The notes: generated by a model not told the origin, from the sequence alone. Positions 1 through 10,496 are shown, numbered from the stretch's first letter. The stretch is 55,420 nucleotides of DNA from a virus (IMGVR_UViG_3300024254_000010:1-55420), one strand, 5' to 3'. Numbers and translations are program-made.

Positions 1-116
1 GCTCCCGAGAGAGCAGGGTCCTTACGAGAGGATGCTATGTTAGTAACCATACTTCTTCCTGTAATGTGCCTTGCAAAGCTTGAGTGCGTACTGCGGTTTT
101 CCACACACCTTACAAA
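1..116 (+). repeat. Terminal direct repeat (circularisation overlap), copy 1
   Basis: 1-116 is identical to 55272-55387, implying a circular or permuted unit of about 55,271 bp. Confidence 0.95.
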
Positions 117-747
117 GCACAATCGGCCGGTAGCAGGCCATGCAAATTTGCTTGTCCGTTTTCCTGAGATGCCAGTTCTTTTCAATCAATTTGCCGCACT
201 TCCCGCATGGGATCTTTCTATTGGTTCTGGCCCATCTGGAATAGTGAAGCGGACACAGCCCGCGTACTCTGGCCCTTTGTCCGCATTCCTTGCATTTCTT
301 CGGTTTCCTGAAGCATTCCAAACACATCTGTTTTCTGCCCTGCGAAACGTATCTTTTTGGGATGTCCTTGCCGCACTTAAAACACGTTGTTCGGTATTTT
401 GCCGCGTTCCAGAATCTCTGGTAATGATTCGCGCACATTCCCCTAGCGATGGCAACTTTATCGCAAAATTTGCAGGGCTTCTTTGGATAATGAATTTGTT
501 TGTGATGAGCATGATCCTCACAAAGCTCAAGATTGTCTGGGTCGTTATTGTCAACCACCCCGTCACGATGGTGAACAATCTCAGATGGCTTAAGAAAGCG
601 TCCAATCTTCTTTTCCATAATGAGCCTATGTTCAAACACATATCCATCGGTGTGACGATGCGGATGCTCCGGGCAGCGAACCAAAAGATAGCCCTTCTTA
701 TTGCGGTATTTCCCGCCTTTCCAGTTTGGGTGAGATGCGCCTTCCAT
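40..747 (-). CDS. HNH endonuclease with C-terminal zinc-finger array
   Basis: GYVFEHRLIME...EIVHHRDG..DNNDPDNLEL HNH motif, then three CxxC-x9-CxxHY and two CxxC-x16/17-CxxC units; antisense to the surrounding late genes. Confidence 0.85.
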   Translation of the reverse strand: MEGASHPNWKGGKYRNKKGYLLVRCPEHPHRHTDGYVFEHRLIMEKKIGRFLKPSEIVHHRDGVVDNNDPDNLELCEDHAHHKQIHYPKKPCKFCDKVAIARGMCANHYQRFWNAAKYRTTCFKCGKDIPKRYVSQGRKQMCLECFRKPKKCKECGQRARVRGLCPLHYSRWARTNRKIPCGKCGKLIEKNWHLRKTDKQICMACYRPIVLCKVCGKPQYALKLCKAHYRKKYGY

Positions 748-806
748 GGATGTGAAAGCGAGTATGGTCGTCGCGACTTTAATTGCAACACTAAACTGCT
801 ATTTAT

Positions 807-1775
807 ATGCCGATAATCGCTTGCCCAAATAAGATAACTTGTGAGTGTTCCGACGACCCCGTGAGAAATTTGAGCGCGGAAGACAGCGATAAGGACCGTC
901 ACATCGGAATCTACAACCTCATCATCCTCGATGACCTCCAAACAGCCTACCAAGCCTTCGCCTGCAAGACTTACTGCTACTCGGAGATTAGCCAGGAGGA
1001 AGCCGATGATTGCGCACGACGCGCAGCCCTGGAATGCATTGGTGAGCTTCCGCCTCCGGTCGGCACATCGAATCCTCTGAGTCTGTTCTACAATTCAGCG
1101 GTGACCCAGACCGTGAGTTGCCCAGATGGATCGACTTTCAGCTGGACGATTGGAGCCGGACAATTCGTAGCGGCCAATCAAGCCACAGCCAACGCCATTG
1201 CGGCAAGCGTGGCCAAGAACCGAGCCGAACAACATCGCATCTGCATCGTTAGCACGGGCCAAGGCGGCTGCCGGGACAGCCGTTACAGCACGACGCTTCA
1301 GGCGGTGGGAGGCACGGCTCTGTTCTTTCCTTACCTGAACGCACCGCCGAGTTTCTTCGGTTGCGGTCACGGAGAACCAGTCCATTACACATGGATGGTG
1401 ATTGTTGGCGCGTTGCCTCCAGGGCTGGAATTGGATGAATGCACTGGAGTTATTTCGGGAACGACAACGGCTACTGGAAACTATACCTTCACCGTGCGGG
1501 CGACCGACGCTATTGGCTCCTTCCAACAAAAGACGCTTTCGATCTGCATCATTCGAATCACGACTAACGACCCTTTGCCTGACGCGGTGAAGGACAATCA
1601 TTATCTGGTTAACCTAACCGAAGTTCCGGGAGTGGCAGAGACAGAGCTTTGGACGATTGCCTACGGGAGTTTGCCTGACGGAATGACCCTGACGCCTGCT
1701 GGAGTGCTGAGCGGAACACCGACCGAGACTGGCGACTTCACCATTGGAATTAGAGTAGCTGTCGGCACCTGTTGA
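807..1775 (+). CDS. Cys-rich virion protein with putative Ig (He_PIG-like) domains
   Basis: GALPPGLELDECTGVISGTTTATGNYTFTVRATD and GSLPDGMTLTPAGVLSGTPTETGDFTI repeats. Confidence 0.75.
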   Translation: MPIIACPNKITCECSDDPVRNLSAEDSDKDRHIGIYNLIILDDLQTAYQAFACKTYCYSEISQEEADDCARRAALECIGELPPPVGTSNPLSLFYNSAVTQTVSCPDGSTFSWTIGAGQFVAANQATANAIAASVAKNRAEQHRICIVSTGQGGCRDSRYSTTLQAVGGTALFFPYLNAPPSFFGCGHGEPVHYTWMVIVGALPPGLELDECTGVISGTTTATGNYTFTVRATDAIGSFQQKTLSICIIRITTNDPLPDAVKDNHYLVNLTEVPGVAETELWTIAYGSLPDGMTLTPAGVLSGTPTETGDFTIGIRVAVGTC

Positions 1776-1776
1776 T

Positions 1777-2526
1777 ATGGCTGCCATTTGCACAAAAGAA
1801 TTCGCTCTGCATGTCGGACCAGCGGTGTCGCTAGTGGACTACTGGGACTTCGATGACGGCGCGACTCCGTTCATAGCCAAGCTGGATCCCGATAACAATT
1901 TTGCGGTTACCTCAGGTGCTGTTGGAGCCGGTGCGGCTGGAATCATTAACACCTGCATGCGGATTAGCGGAGTGCCATTGCTCGGAACGGCCAAGATTGA
2001 GAGCACCCCCAACCCCATTATCGTCCCGACTCATGGCTTTACTTGGACGACCTGGGTTAACTTCGCGACTTACGGAAGTGGTGAAAGCATCGTATTCGAG
2101 ATCCATTTTCTTAATGTCCTAAACGTTGAAGTCATAACTTTCAGGGCCGTGCTCCCGTCCGGTCCTCCTCCTGCGTTCATGGTACTTCAGAGAAATAATG
2201 CCACATTTTTCACGGGTGGATTCGCTTTTAGCACAGCTCTTTGGTACTTCATACAGATTCAATACAACGCTACGACCAAGAAGTTTGGATGCCAGTTTGG
2301 TCATCCCGTATTCGGTCTTGGTGGCTTAGTTGAGAGTGCTCCGATTGCCGATGACCTATCCACGATAACCAAGGGTTACCTCGCCTTGGGATGCCAGAAT
2401 CAAGGAGCAAGCCCGGATTGGAGGCAGGATGAGAGCGCGTTTTGGGCGAGGCTCCTGACTAACGCCGAGGTAGTTCAACTCTTTGGTGGCGGAACCCCAC
2501 CGGCTTACCCAGCCATCCCGCAATAA
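1777..2526 (+). CDS. LamG/concanavalin-like domain virion protein
   Basis: LVDYWDFDDG...FTWTTWVN...WYFIQIQYN...DESAFWARLLTNAEVVQLF pattern. Confidence 0.65.
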   Translation: MAAICTKEFALHVGPAVSLVDYWDFDDGATPFIAKLDPDNNFAVTSGAVGAGAAGIINTCMRISGVPLLGTAKIESTPNPIIVPTHGFTWTTWVNFATYGSGESIVFEIHFLNVLNVEVITFRAVLPSGPPPAFMVLQRNNATFFTGGFAFSTALWYFIQIQYNATTKKFGCQFGHPVFGLGGLVESAPIADDLSTITKGYLALGCQNQGASPDWRQDESAFWARLLTNAEVVQLFGGGTPPAYPAIPQ

Positions 2527-2568
2527 CGATGCTTGTTAGTTTAACACCGAACCTTTATAGGAACGTTA

Positions 2569-3624
2569 ATGAACCGCAATCGGCTTATTGATTTCAGACT
2601 CTCCCGAGGGCCGCAGTCGATTGGGCTATGTCAGGCTGACACGCTGGGTTGCGCTCAATTCGTGAATGCGGCTACGCAACGGTTGCTCTTGGCGCGCGAG
2701 AGCGGCGACACCGGCTGGTGGGGAACTTGGGCTAGGATGGTGTTTAACGTGGACAAGGCTGATCCATTCATCACATTACCAAGAGAGGTTGCTAGGCTGA
2801 TCAACGTCGATATTTGCCGGAGTCCGGTCAATGTCCAGAATGAGTTTTATGAGTTCCTGAGCTTTGGGATTGGCTTACAGGAGCCGCGCACCGCGACCGG
2901 CCGCTGTCGGAACAGGACGTGCGACTTGATGGAGGTCTACGACCGAGGCACATATCCCAGCTTCACTGATTTGGACGCCAACCGAATCCTGCGAGCCTAC
3001 ATCGCCGATAACCGTGACATTGGTGCGCGTATTCTGGTTCAAGGCACCGACACCAGCGACAATCCAATCATTAGCCTTGATGGCACAGACGACATTCTGG
3101 GCGTGATGCTGGATGGCACGATGCCCTTTGTCGATTCGCCTATGCTGAATTCACTCATGGGAATCCAGAAAGGCGTGACGGCTGGGCCGGTGCGGTTCTA
3201 TCAGGTGGACCCGAATACTTCGGTGCAGGAGCTGATCCTGACGATGGAACCAAGCGAACAAGTGGCTGGCTACCGGCGCTATTTCCTGGGCGGTCTGCCT
3301 CGCAACTGTTGCGACCCCGGTAGCGACGTGACCAAAGTGCAGATTACCGCGATGGCCAAGCTGGAGTTCGTGCCGGTCAAGGTGGATACCGATTATCTGC
3401 TCATCGGCAACATCGAGGCGCTGATTGCCGAGTGCGAGAGCGTGCGGTACTCCAGCATGGATTCGCCCACAGCCAAGCAGATGTCGCAGGAGCGGCACGG
3501 GCAAGCGATTCGGCTGTTGCAGGGCGAGCTTGTGCATCAACTCGGGCGCGAGATGCCTGCGATAAATTTTGCGCCGTTTGGCAGCGCCCATCTTCGAAAC
3601 CAACTGATAGGTCACCTAACATAA
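2569..3624 (+). CDS. Putative head-tail connector/adaptor (tail tubular A-like)
   Basis: FVNAATQRLL helix, ITLPREVARLINVD strand, C-terminal helix; lies before the internal virion genes. Confidence 0.5.
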   Translation: MNRNRLIDFRLSRGPQSIGLCQADTLGCAQFVNAATQRLLLARESGDTGWWGTWARMVFNVDKADPFITLPREVARLINVDICRSPVNVQNEFYEFLSFGIGLQEPRTATGRCRNRTCDLMEVYDRGTYPSFTDLDANRILRAYIADNRDIGARILVQGTDTSDNPIISLDGTDDILGVMLDGTMPFVDSPMLNSLMGIQKGVTAGPVRFYQVDPNTSVQELILTMEPSEQVAGYRRYFLGGLPRNCCDPGSDVTKVQITAMAKLEFVPVKVDTDYLLIGNIEALIAECESVRYSSMDSPTAKQMSQERHGQAIRLLQGELVHQLGREMPAINFAPFGSAHLRNQLIGHLT

Positions 3625-3630
3625 GGCATC

Positions 3631-4674
3631 ATGGCATCAGCAACACCATTTGGCGGTGGTAACCAAGCGAATTGGGCTAGGAATCTGGCCGGCTGGGCAC
3701 CGATGCCGATTAACATTGGCGCAGTAGCGCCCGCTCCTGCCCCTGGTGGTGGCACGGGTGGTGGTGCTGGCGCTGGGGCCATACCCGGCACCTATAATCC
3801 AGCCTCAGGCGGTATTCCGAATATCAGCAGCCCGAGTGAATCGTTGGCCAATCTCATCAACGCGATTTCAGGCAATCTGAACAACCTCGGTCCGATTATC
3901 AGCGGTGTGACAGGCGCGGAGAACAAGGCGTTACGCGACCAGTATCCTTCGAGCTACTTCGACACGCTCAACACGCTAATGGGCAATGTGGGCAGGCGGG
4001 CTACCGGGGACATTACTGACCTATTGCCGCAGTTGGGCCAGACAGCGGGCGAGTGGGGTATTGGCAGTGGTGTGGCTGGTGGACCGGCAGCCGCCAGCAA
4101 ACTTGCTCGCGACGTGCTGGGAAGCTCCTATGCTGTGCAGCAACAGGCATTGCAGGATCAGGGGGCGATTCAGAACCTAATTCCCAAGGTGGCACCCTAT
4201 GACATTGGTCGTCTTATCCCTCAGTATAGCGATCAGCAATGGAACGACCTGATGAGGAAGATTTACGGGTCAGCGCCCATTCCTGAATCAGCTTATGGGC
4301 GGGCCCGCGCTGATGCACTCTCTGGCCTTAATCGGGGCTTCAACGCTGGTGGCGGTGGCTATGGCTGGTTTAATCCGATGACCCGACCCACGGTTGGTGC
4401 CTATGGCCCTCCGAGTCCGGGCGCTGCTGCGTCGCCATTCTATACAACTCACGGTGGCGGCAACTGGCTCGATTCGTTTGGAGTCGAGCGAGGAATTGCC
4501 AACCGGGGATTGCCGGCCAACGTTGGCGGACTGCCAGGATTTCCAGGGCTGCCCGTGGACGCGCTGCCCGGAGAAGGTCCACCGTTGGCTGGAGACGAGA
4601 ATTCCCCGGGTTATTACGACACAGTGCCCAACATTTACGACACACCATTCGACATGCCGGATTACTTTGGATAA
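3631..4674 (+). CDS. Putative internal virion/DNA ejection protein (Gly/Pro/Ala-rich)
   Basis: Composition and podovirus-like synteny. Confidence 0.45.
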   Translation: MASATPFGGGNQANWARNLAGWAPMPINIGAVAPAPAPGGGTGGGAGAGAIPGTYNPASGGIPNISSPSESLANLINAISGNLNNLGPIISGVTGAENKALRDQYPSSYFDTLNTLMGNVGRRATGDITDLLPQLGQTAGEWGIGSGVAGGPAAASKLARDVLGSSYAVQQQALQDQGAIQNLIPKVAPYDIGRLIPQYSDQQWNDLMRKIYGSAPIPESAYGRARADALSGLNRGFNAGGGGYGWFNPMTRPTVGAYGPPSPGAAASPFYTTHGGGNWLDSFGVERGIANRGLPANVGGLPGFPGLPVDALPGEGPPLAGDENSPGYYDTVPNIYDTPFDMPDYFG

Positions 4675-4677
4675 CTT

Positions 4678-5532
4678 ATGGCTGGTCCCGTAGAGATCCC
4701 CCCGTGGTTGAACATTGATCCCACCGCTCCAGTGGGCCGATTGCTCGAAGGCTATCGTAGTGGCCTAGCTGCCGCCGAAGCACAGAATCAAGCAGCGGCT
4801 CGGGCGCAACAGCAGGAACTGGCGGCAGAGCAGGCGGCTCAGATGAACGCCTACCGGCAACAACAACAGCAGGCTCTGGTTCAGCATTGGGAACAGCAAC
4901 TGCGGCTTCAGCAGGAAAAGGATCAGCGGGCAGCGGCTGAAGCGGCGATCCAATCCCAAGCCATGAATGAGCTACAAAAGAGAACGGCTGCGGGGGAGCC
5001 ATTCGAAAAGGTGTGGCCCGAACTAGCGCCCAGAGTGCTCTATCGGCATCCTCAGTCTATCGCCCAATCCATTCGCGCCGTAACACCGCCCGGAGAACCT
5101 CAGGTTGGCATGACGCCATCCGGGAAGGAATACCTGATCAATCCAAGAACTGGCGCGGCAGTGTTTTCTCCATTGGGAGCACAGCCACAGACCGTGGAAG
5201 GTATCGCAAGAGAACTAAGGGATGAGCAGGGCAACTTGCTTGGCCAACGGTACGTTCCTGGTGCCAGGGGCGGTGTGCATTTCCTGCCGCGCACCGAATT
5301 GTCCCCGGAAGGCAGAGTCCGAGCCCTCTCAGCAAGACTCGCGGTGGTTAAGGGGCTAATGGAAGACGCGACGCCAACGGAATTGCCGACATTAAAGGCG
5401 CAGCGGGACGAAATCATGGGTGAGTTGAAACGGATGACCACCGCGCCAGCACCAGCCACTGGGTTCGCCCCATTACCCGAAGCCACGCCAGCAGAAGCGG
5501 AGGCTGCCGCCGCCAGCACCGAGGAAGAGTAA
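4678..5532 (+). CDS. Putative internal virion/ejection protein (Gln/Ala coiled coil)
   Basis: Composition and synteny. Confidence 0.45.
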   Translation: MAGPVEIPPWLNIDPTAPVGRLLEGYRSGLAAAEAQNQAAARAQQQELAAEQAAQMNAYRQQQQQALVQHWEQQLRLQQEKDQRAAAEAAIQSQAMNELQKRTAAGEPFEKVWPELAPRVLYRHPQSIAQSIRAVTPPGEPQVGMTPSGKEYLINPRTGAAVFSPLGAQPQTVEGIARELRDEQGNLLGQRYVPGARGGVHFLPRTELSPEGRVRALSARLAVVKGLMEDATPTELPTLKAQRDEIMGELKRMTTAPAPATGFAPLPEATPAEAEAAAASTEEE

Positions 5533-8500
5533 TGGCTGTCCTGCCGATTTATCCGAGCACGTTGTCCGATGAGGATTATGCGTTCGAAGGGGACGCAACT
5601 CCTACGGTGCCTGTCGGCCCGGAGCCTTTCGCTTCCATCGACCAAGCCAACGTGGCTGGGCCCGCACTGGAAACGCCCAGTGACATAAGGAGGCTGGTCG
5701 CTCCGGTCCCGATTAAGCCCGATCTGTTTGCCCCACTGCTTCCACTGGCAAAGACGCTTGGCGTCACACCACAGACGGTGATGGATGCGATGGATTACCT
5801 AGCTGCCGCGTCCCCAGAATTGGGCCAAGAAGACGCCGAGCGGTTGCTCTACGGCCCGCAGCGACCACCTGACGCGTTGGCCAAGTCAGTTGCTGGAGCG
5901 CAACAGTCGCTTCTGCGCGGGGCAGAGAGCATGACGAGCGTCCCGATGCTGGCGACGCTCGGACTGGCCGCAGCGCCCGCCGCAGTCGGCAAAGTGGCTT
6001 CAGCGGCGTTTGCTGGACAAATGGCTAGTCAGGCACCAGAAGCCATCGCGCAATTATCCGATGCGATTGATGCCAGGGATCCCGAGAAGATTGCTTCAGC
6101 GGTCACCGATCTAGCCCAGTTGGCCACCTTCACCGCAGCAGCCGCCGCGCATGTCGCTGGGCGCAGCCCGCTTGAGAAGGCGTTGCCCAAATCAGTCGAA
6201 GCCCTCAAGGAAACAGGACCAGCGGCAGTGCAGCCCGAGGCACCACCAGAGCCGACTGCTCCAACACCGCCGCCCGAGGTCTCTCCAGCAGCCGAATCGG
6301 CACCGGCTGCCGAAGCCGCGCCCAAGGGTATCGGTGCTTCTGTGCGGGGCCCGGGAGCATTGGCTGGTGGTGGTGAGGCCGGAGCGATGTCGTTGCAGCC
6401 AATCAGAGACTTGATCGATAAAGCGGCTCCAGCCGTTAAGAATGCGTACGAAGCGGTAAAGAACATCGCATCCGAGGTCAAAGAGACAGGTAAGGAAGCT
6501 ATCGCCACGCCTAAGATGACCGATTACCGACGCAGCGTGCTCAACTGGAGCGCGAAATTGCAACGGTCCTTTGGCGAAGCAGCCAGTGAACAAAAGAATA
6601 TCCAGCGGATTGTTCCCGATCCGATTCGCGATGCCGCCCTCACCAACTGGATTCAGGCCGGTGGCGATGACGCAATTCTCGCTCAGCGGGCCGCAGCCAC
6701 ATCTGATCCGAAACTACGCGCTGGCTACGAAGCGGCTAGACATTTGACCCCAGAGGAATTGCAGGTGGCCAGCGATAGCAAACACCTATTCGACTCCTTG
6801 GGTCAGCGCGGGCAGGCAAATGACGTTCTCAATAGTTTCAAGGAAAATTACGTCACCCAGATTTGGGACTTGGGCAAAACCAAACCCTCTGGAGGCAGCA
6901 GTAGCCGAATCCTGAAAGAGAAATTCAAATTCGCCAAGGCATCCACGTTCCCTACGTTTTTCGATGGAGAGCAGGCTGGTTATACTCCCAAGACCAAGCA
7001 ATTGTCCAAACTCCTGCCGATCTACATGCACGAGATGAATTCGGTCATCGCTGCGCGTGAGTTGGTCAAGGAGATGAGTAAAGGCGTGGCCAGCGACGGT
7101 CGGCCATTGGTCGCGCCCAGAGGGGTCGGTGTGCCAGTGGCCGGGGCTGGAGGCGAGGCAACATTGATTATGCCCAAGGCGGTTAAGGGAGAGGATACGC
7201 TGGATTACAAGGTACTGCCCAATCAGCCCGCGCTACAGAACTGGCGCTGGGCAGCCAAGGACACAGCCGGAGCATCGATCTTTCTCAAGTCCGATTTGGC
7301 TCTGCACCCCGAAGCCTATAACCGCATTAAATCTGTCTTAGGCCGTTCGGCTATCCGAGAATGGTACTCGACACCCACAACGCGATTGGCTGCCGTTCCA
7401 AAGCTCCTGGTGAAAGGATTGGATTCATGGAACAGCGTGACCAAGCGGACCATGCTTGGCTTGCTCGCGCCATTTCATCAAGTCCAGACCGGCACACACG
7501 CCGTAGGTCATCGCGTCAATCCGTTCGGAGCGATCCCCGCTATAGACTTGGCCAACGACCCGCTCCAGATGGATGCCGCCAGACATGGCCTGATGCTTTT
7601 GCCAGACCGGGCCAGCGAGAGCCAGTTCATGGAGGGACTTCGGCCTAGCGGATTGATCAGTAAGATCCCACTCATTGGAAAGATTTCCGATTGGTACACT
7701 AATTACCTCTTCAAAGATTATATCCCGGGCCTGAAATTCAAGACATACGAGGCGATCCTGGACCGCAACCGGCAAGTTTACGCCAGAGACTTGGCTGCCG
7801 GATCGGTGAAACAAGAAGACATCAAGATTCTTTCAGCCCAACAGGCCAATGCTGCCTACGGTCATCTAAACTATGCTGACCTTGGACGAAACCCAACCGT
7901 ACAGCATGCAATGCAACTTGGCCTATTGGCTCCTGACTTCCTTGAAGCTCGGGGCCGTTTCGCTGGACAAGCCACCAAGGGATTGACCGGAGCTAAGGCT
8001 GGTCGGGAGCAGGTACTAGCTTTGGCCACGTTGGCCATTGCCCAAGCGGCGGGGGCTTACATCTCCGCGCAGTTAAGCGGCGGCGAATGGGATCCAAAGC
8101 ATCCGTTCGAATTTAGTGTCGGGGCGAGAAAATACACCATCCGTTCGGTGCCAGAAGACATTTCCAGGCTGTTATTCGACACACGCGCTTTTATTCATGC
8201 CCGTCTTTCCCCCATTCTCGGCAAGGGAGCCATTCAATTGGCTACCGGCAAAGATTACGCTGGCCGCAACGTCACAGCGGGCGAAACTGCGAAGGAACTC
8301 ATCACTCAGCCGCTCCCGCTCACCTTACGCGCACTGCCTGGAGTCAGGGAAATAAGCGGGGCAGAACGGCCAGGAGCCATCAAATGGTGGGAACAACTGG
8401 CCGGATCGGTTGGGCTGAAAATCTCCCGCTTCAATCCCAACAAAGCCTTGACCGACATCCACACTGAGTGGCTGAAAAACAATCCTGACCCGATCATAAA

Positions 8501-8879
8501 ACAGGATTATGAGCGCAACCAAGCAGCCACCTATCCGCTGAGCAAATACCGCAGCTTGGATGCCGCGCTGGACGATCACGATCCGCAATCCATCGCTAAG
8601 GCTATTGAGGAACTGCGCCCGCTGGTCAGGAAGGATTCTGACATCCTGAAACGAATGCGGCCTTACATTGGCAAGGATCTAAACATTAACCGCAAGCCGC
8701 TCTTTCAGGAATCAGCGAAGTTGGAGCGCAAGTTTGTGCAATCTCTGGAACCCGAACAACGCCTGCTTTACGAACGGGCCATGAAAGAACGCCACGAGCA
8801 ATGGCTTATGTTCCTGCAAGTCTGGCGGCAACGGGGTCCACGCAGTAAACTCCAAACCACAACCACGAACACACCATGA
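5532..8879 (+). CDS. Large putative internal virion/ejection protein (1115 aa)
   Basis: Long Ala-rich helical protein, third and largest of the ejection-like trio. Confidence 0.55.
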   Translation: MAVLPIYPSTLSDEDYAFEGDATPTVPVGPEPFASIDQANVAGPALETPSDIRRLVAPVPIKPDLFAPLLPLAKTLGVTPQTVMDAMDYLAAASPELGQEDAERLLYGPQRPPDALAKSVAGAQQSLLRGAESMTSVPMLATLGLAAAPAAVGKVASAAFAGQMASQAPEAIAQLSDAIDARDPEKIASAVTDLAQLATFTAAAAAHVAGRSPLEKALPKSVEALKETGPAAVQPEAPPEPTAPTPPPEVSPAAESAPAAEAAPKGIGASVRGPGALAGGGEAGAMSLQPIRDLIDKAAPAVKNAYEAVKNIASEVKETGKEAIATPKMTDYRRSVLNWSAKLQRSFGEAASEQKNIQRIVPDPIRDAALTNWIQAGGDDAILAQRAAATSDPKLRAGYEAARHLTPEELQVASDSKHLFDSLGQRGQANDVLNSFKENYVTQIWDLGKTKPSGGSSSRILKEKFKFAKASTFPTFFDGEQAGYTPKTKQLSKLLPIYMHEMNSVIAARELVKEMSKGVASDGRPLVAPRGVGVPVAGAGGEATLIMPKAVKGEDTLDYKVLPNQPALQNWRWAAKDTAGASIFLKSDLALHPEAYNRIKSVLGRSAIREWYSTPTTRLAAVPKLLVKGLDSWNSVTKRTMLGLLAPFHQVQTGTHAVGHRVNPFGAIPAIDLANDPLQMDAARHGLMLLPDRASESQFMEGLRPSGLISKIPLIGKISDWYTNYLFKDYIPGLKFKTYEAILDRNRQVYARDLAAGSVKQEDIKILSAQQANAAYGHLNYADLGRNPTVQHAMQLGLLAPDFLEARGRFAGQATKGLTGAKAGREQVLALATLAIAQAAGAYISAQLSGGEWDPKHPFEFSVGARKYTIRSVPEDISRLLFDTRAFIHARLSPILGKGAIQLATGKDYAGRNVTAGETAKELITQPLPLTLRALPGVREISGAERPGAIKWWEQLAGSVGLKISRFNPNKALTDIHTEWLKNNPDPIIKQDYERNQAATYPLSKYRSLDAALDDHDPQSIAKAIEELRPLVRKDSDILKRMRPYIGKDLNINRKPLFQESAKLERKFVQSLEPEQRLLYERAMKERHEQWLMFLQVWRQRGPRSKLQTTTTNTP

Positions 8880-9064
8880 AGCATCCAGGATTTAAGGCCG
8901 TAGCCAAAGGCATCGCAGCACGGGAGGGGGTCTCACAGGAACGAGCCAACGCGATGTTGGCGGCTGGCACACGCCGGGCCGGGGCGGCAGCCCGCAAGAA
9001 GAACCCGCACTTAAACCGGGTCCACGGCTCGATGAACCCCAACCTCAACCCAAAGTACCACTGA
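8876..9064 (+). CDS. Small basic phage protein
   Basis: HPGFKAVAKGIAAREGVSQERANAMLAAGTR; ATGA overlap with the upstream gene. Confidence 0.7.
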   Translation: MKHPGFKAVAKGIAAREGVSQERANAMLAAGTRRAGAAARKKNPHLNRVHGSMNPNLNPKYH

Positions 9065-9068
9065 TTTT

Positions 9069-9254
9069 ATGCCAGTCGGAACACGAGTTTATCGTTGTGT
9101 TCAAAAGGTCAAAACCAAGGGCGGGCATGTCAATCCGTACGCGGTGTGCCAAGCGGCCACGCATCAATCTTACGCGACGGGTAAGGCATTACCTCCTGAG
9201 ACCAGCCACGCCCGCCACGCCCAGAAGAAGCGCGGGAACGTGCGCTACGTGTGA
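9069..9254 (+). CDS. Small basic phage protein
   Basis: MPVGTRVYRCVQKVK...NPYAVCQ; operonic spacing. Confidence 0.65.
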   Translation: MPVGTRVYRCVQKVKTKGGHVNPYAVCQAATHQSYATGKALPPETSHARHAQKKRGNVRYV

Positions 9255-9349
9255 TCATCGTCATCGCCTTTATCGTCGGATTCATTGCGGGGCTTCTGTT
9301 CATTCCGCTCTGGACACACTTCGTTGATGACGGCTATCGCTGGTGGTGA
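9251..9349 (+). CDS. 32-aa membrane peptide (below the ORF-track cutoff)
   Basis: GTGA and TGATG overlaps at its two ends; one hydrophobic segment. Confidence 0.45.
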   Translation: MIIVIAFIVGFIAGLLFIPLWTHFVDDGYRWW

Positions 9350-10329
9350 TGTTCCTACGAGGTCTGCTCCTAGCCAAACGGCAAGCCACCCGGATTGCTG
9401 ACAGGCTCCTTTATTGGAATGCCAGGATCAACCGCAAACGGCTCTGGCGCGGTATCGAGCGGCATTTCGATTGGAATGCCATCCACATTGCCAACGTCAA
9501 CTTCTGCAATGCGCGGTGTGTGTTCTGCGGGCAACATAAGTTCGACCGCAAAGCCCAGGTGATGTCCATGGCGACCTTCGTCGCTCTGGCGTTGGACGCC
9601 AGGAAGATGGGCATCAAGGTCATGGACTTCACGCCACCGCTGGGCGATCCCTTGCTTGACCCCGAACTGCTGCGCAAGGCGCGGCTGGCCCAACAGTTGG
9701 GCTTTGAAGAATTGCAGATGACCACTAATGGGATTCTCTTGCGCAAATGGGGCGCGGAGCTTTTGGAACCGTTCAATCTCATACGCCTGTCCATTGGCGG
9801 CTTCTCCCGAGAAGCCTACAAGGAAGCCTATCAGGTGGACCGTTACGACGAGGTAATCAAGGGGCTAAAGCTGGCCCTGTTCTGCGGGCATGACGACCTT
9901 CGAATCCACGTATTCCTGCGCACAGGTCGGCCCATCGCTGAGACGGTCAAGAGCGAGGATTTCCTGGATTGTTTCACCTACCCCAACTTCACCTTCGAAC
10001 AGACCAATTTCTACGATAATTGGGGTGGGGCAATTCAGCCGGAGGAATTGGTGGGCCAGATGGTCATGCGCCCAGCCAAGAAGAAGGCGGGCGTGCCTTG
10101 TATTGCGCTGTTCCAATTTTTCGCGGAACACTCAGGCAACATTCGGCTGTGCGGTTGCCGGTTTAAGGACACCGAGGACGATGAGTTAGTCGTGGGCAAC
10201 ATCCATGAGGACCCGCTGGAAAGGATCCTGCACCCAGACAACATCATGCCCTTGTTGCGCCGGTTCGAGGATGGCGCGGTTGTGCCCAAGGTCTGCCAGG
10301 ATTGCACGCTTTACCGGCCTATCTCGTGA
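9349..10329 (+). CDS. Radical SAM enzyme with SPASM/twitch-type C-terminal domain
   Basis: CNARCVFC (CxxxCxxC), GDPLL, MTTNG, and C-terminal PC...LCGC...GNI...CQDC. Confidence 0.9.
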   Translation: MFLRGLLLAKRQATRIADRLLYWNARINRKRLWRGIERHFDWNAIHIANVNFCNARCVFCGQHKFDRKAQVMSMATFVALALDARKMGIKVMDFTPPLGDPLLDPELLRKARLAQQLGFEELQMTTNGILLRKWGAELLEPFNLIRLSIGGFSREAYKEAYQVDRYDEVIKGLKLALFCGHDDLRIHVFLRTGRPIAETVKSEDFLDCFTYPNFTFEQTNFYDNWGGAIQPEELVGQMVMRPAKKKAGVPCIALFQFFAEHSGNIRLCGCRFKDTEDDELVVGNIHEDPLERILHPDNIMPLLRRFEDGAVVPKVCQDCTLYRPIS

Positions 10330-10496
10330 AACGAGCCTTGGGCATATTCTTCTGCGTATTTGCAGCCGCATGTCTAAGCACGATCATCTGTCCGGCTTAC
10401 TGGCGCGTTTGGCCCAGCTGGACTCTGGGTTGGGCGCTGGGCGGCGGGAGCTTGTGGGTCGGACTGATGTTGTTGCTTGGTCCTCCAGACGGTTAA
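10326..10496 (+). CDS. Small two-TM membrane protein
   Basis: GTGA overlap; two hydrophobic segments. Confidence 0.5.
   Translation: MKRALGIFFCVFAAACLSTIICPAYWRVWPSWTLGWALGGGSLWVGLMLLLGPPDG

Noticed and set aside
37-816. 259-aa + strand ORF
   Set aside because: Antisense shadow of the HNH gene; no motifs
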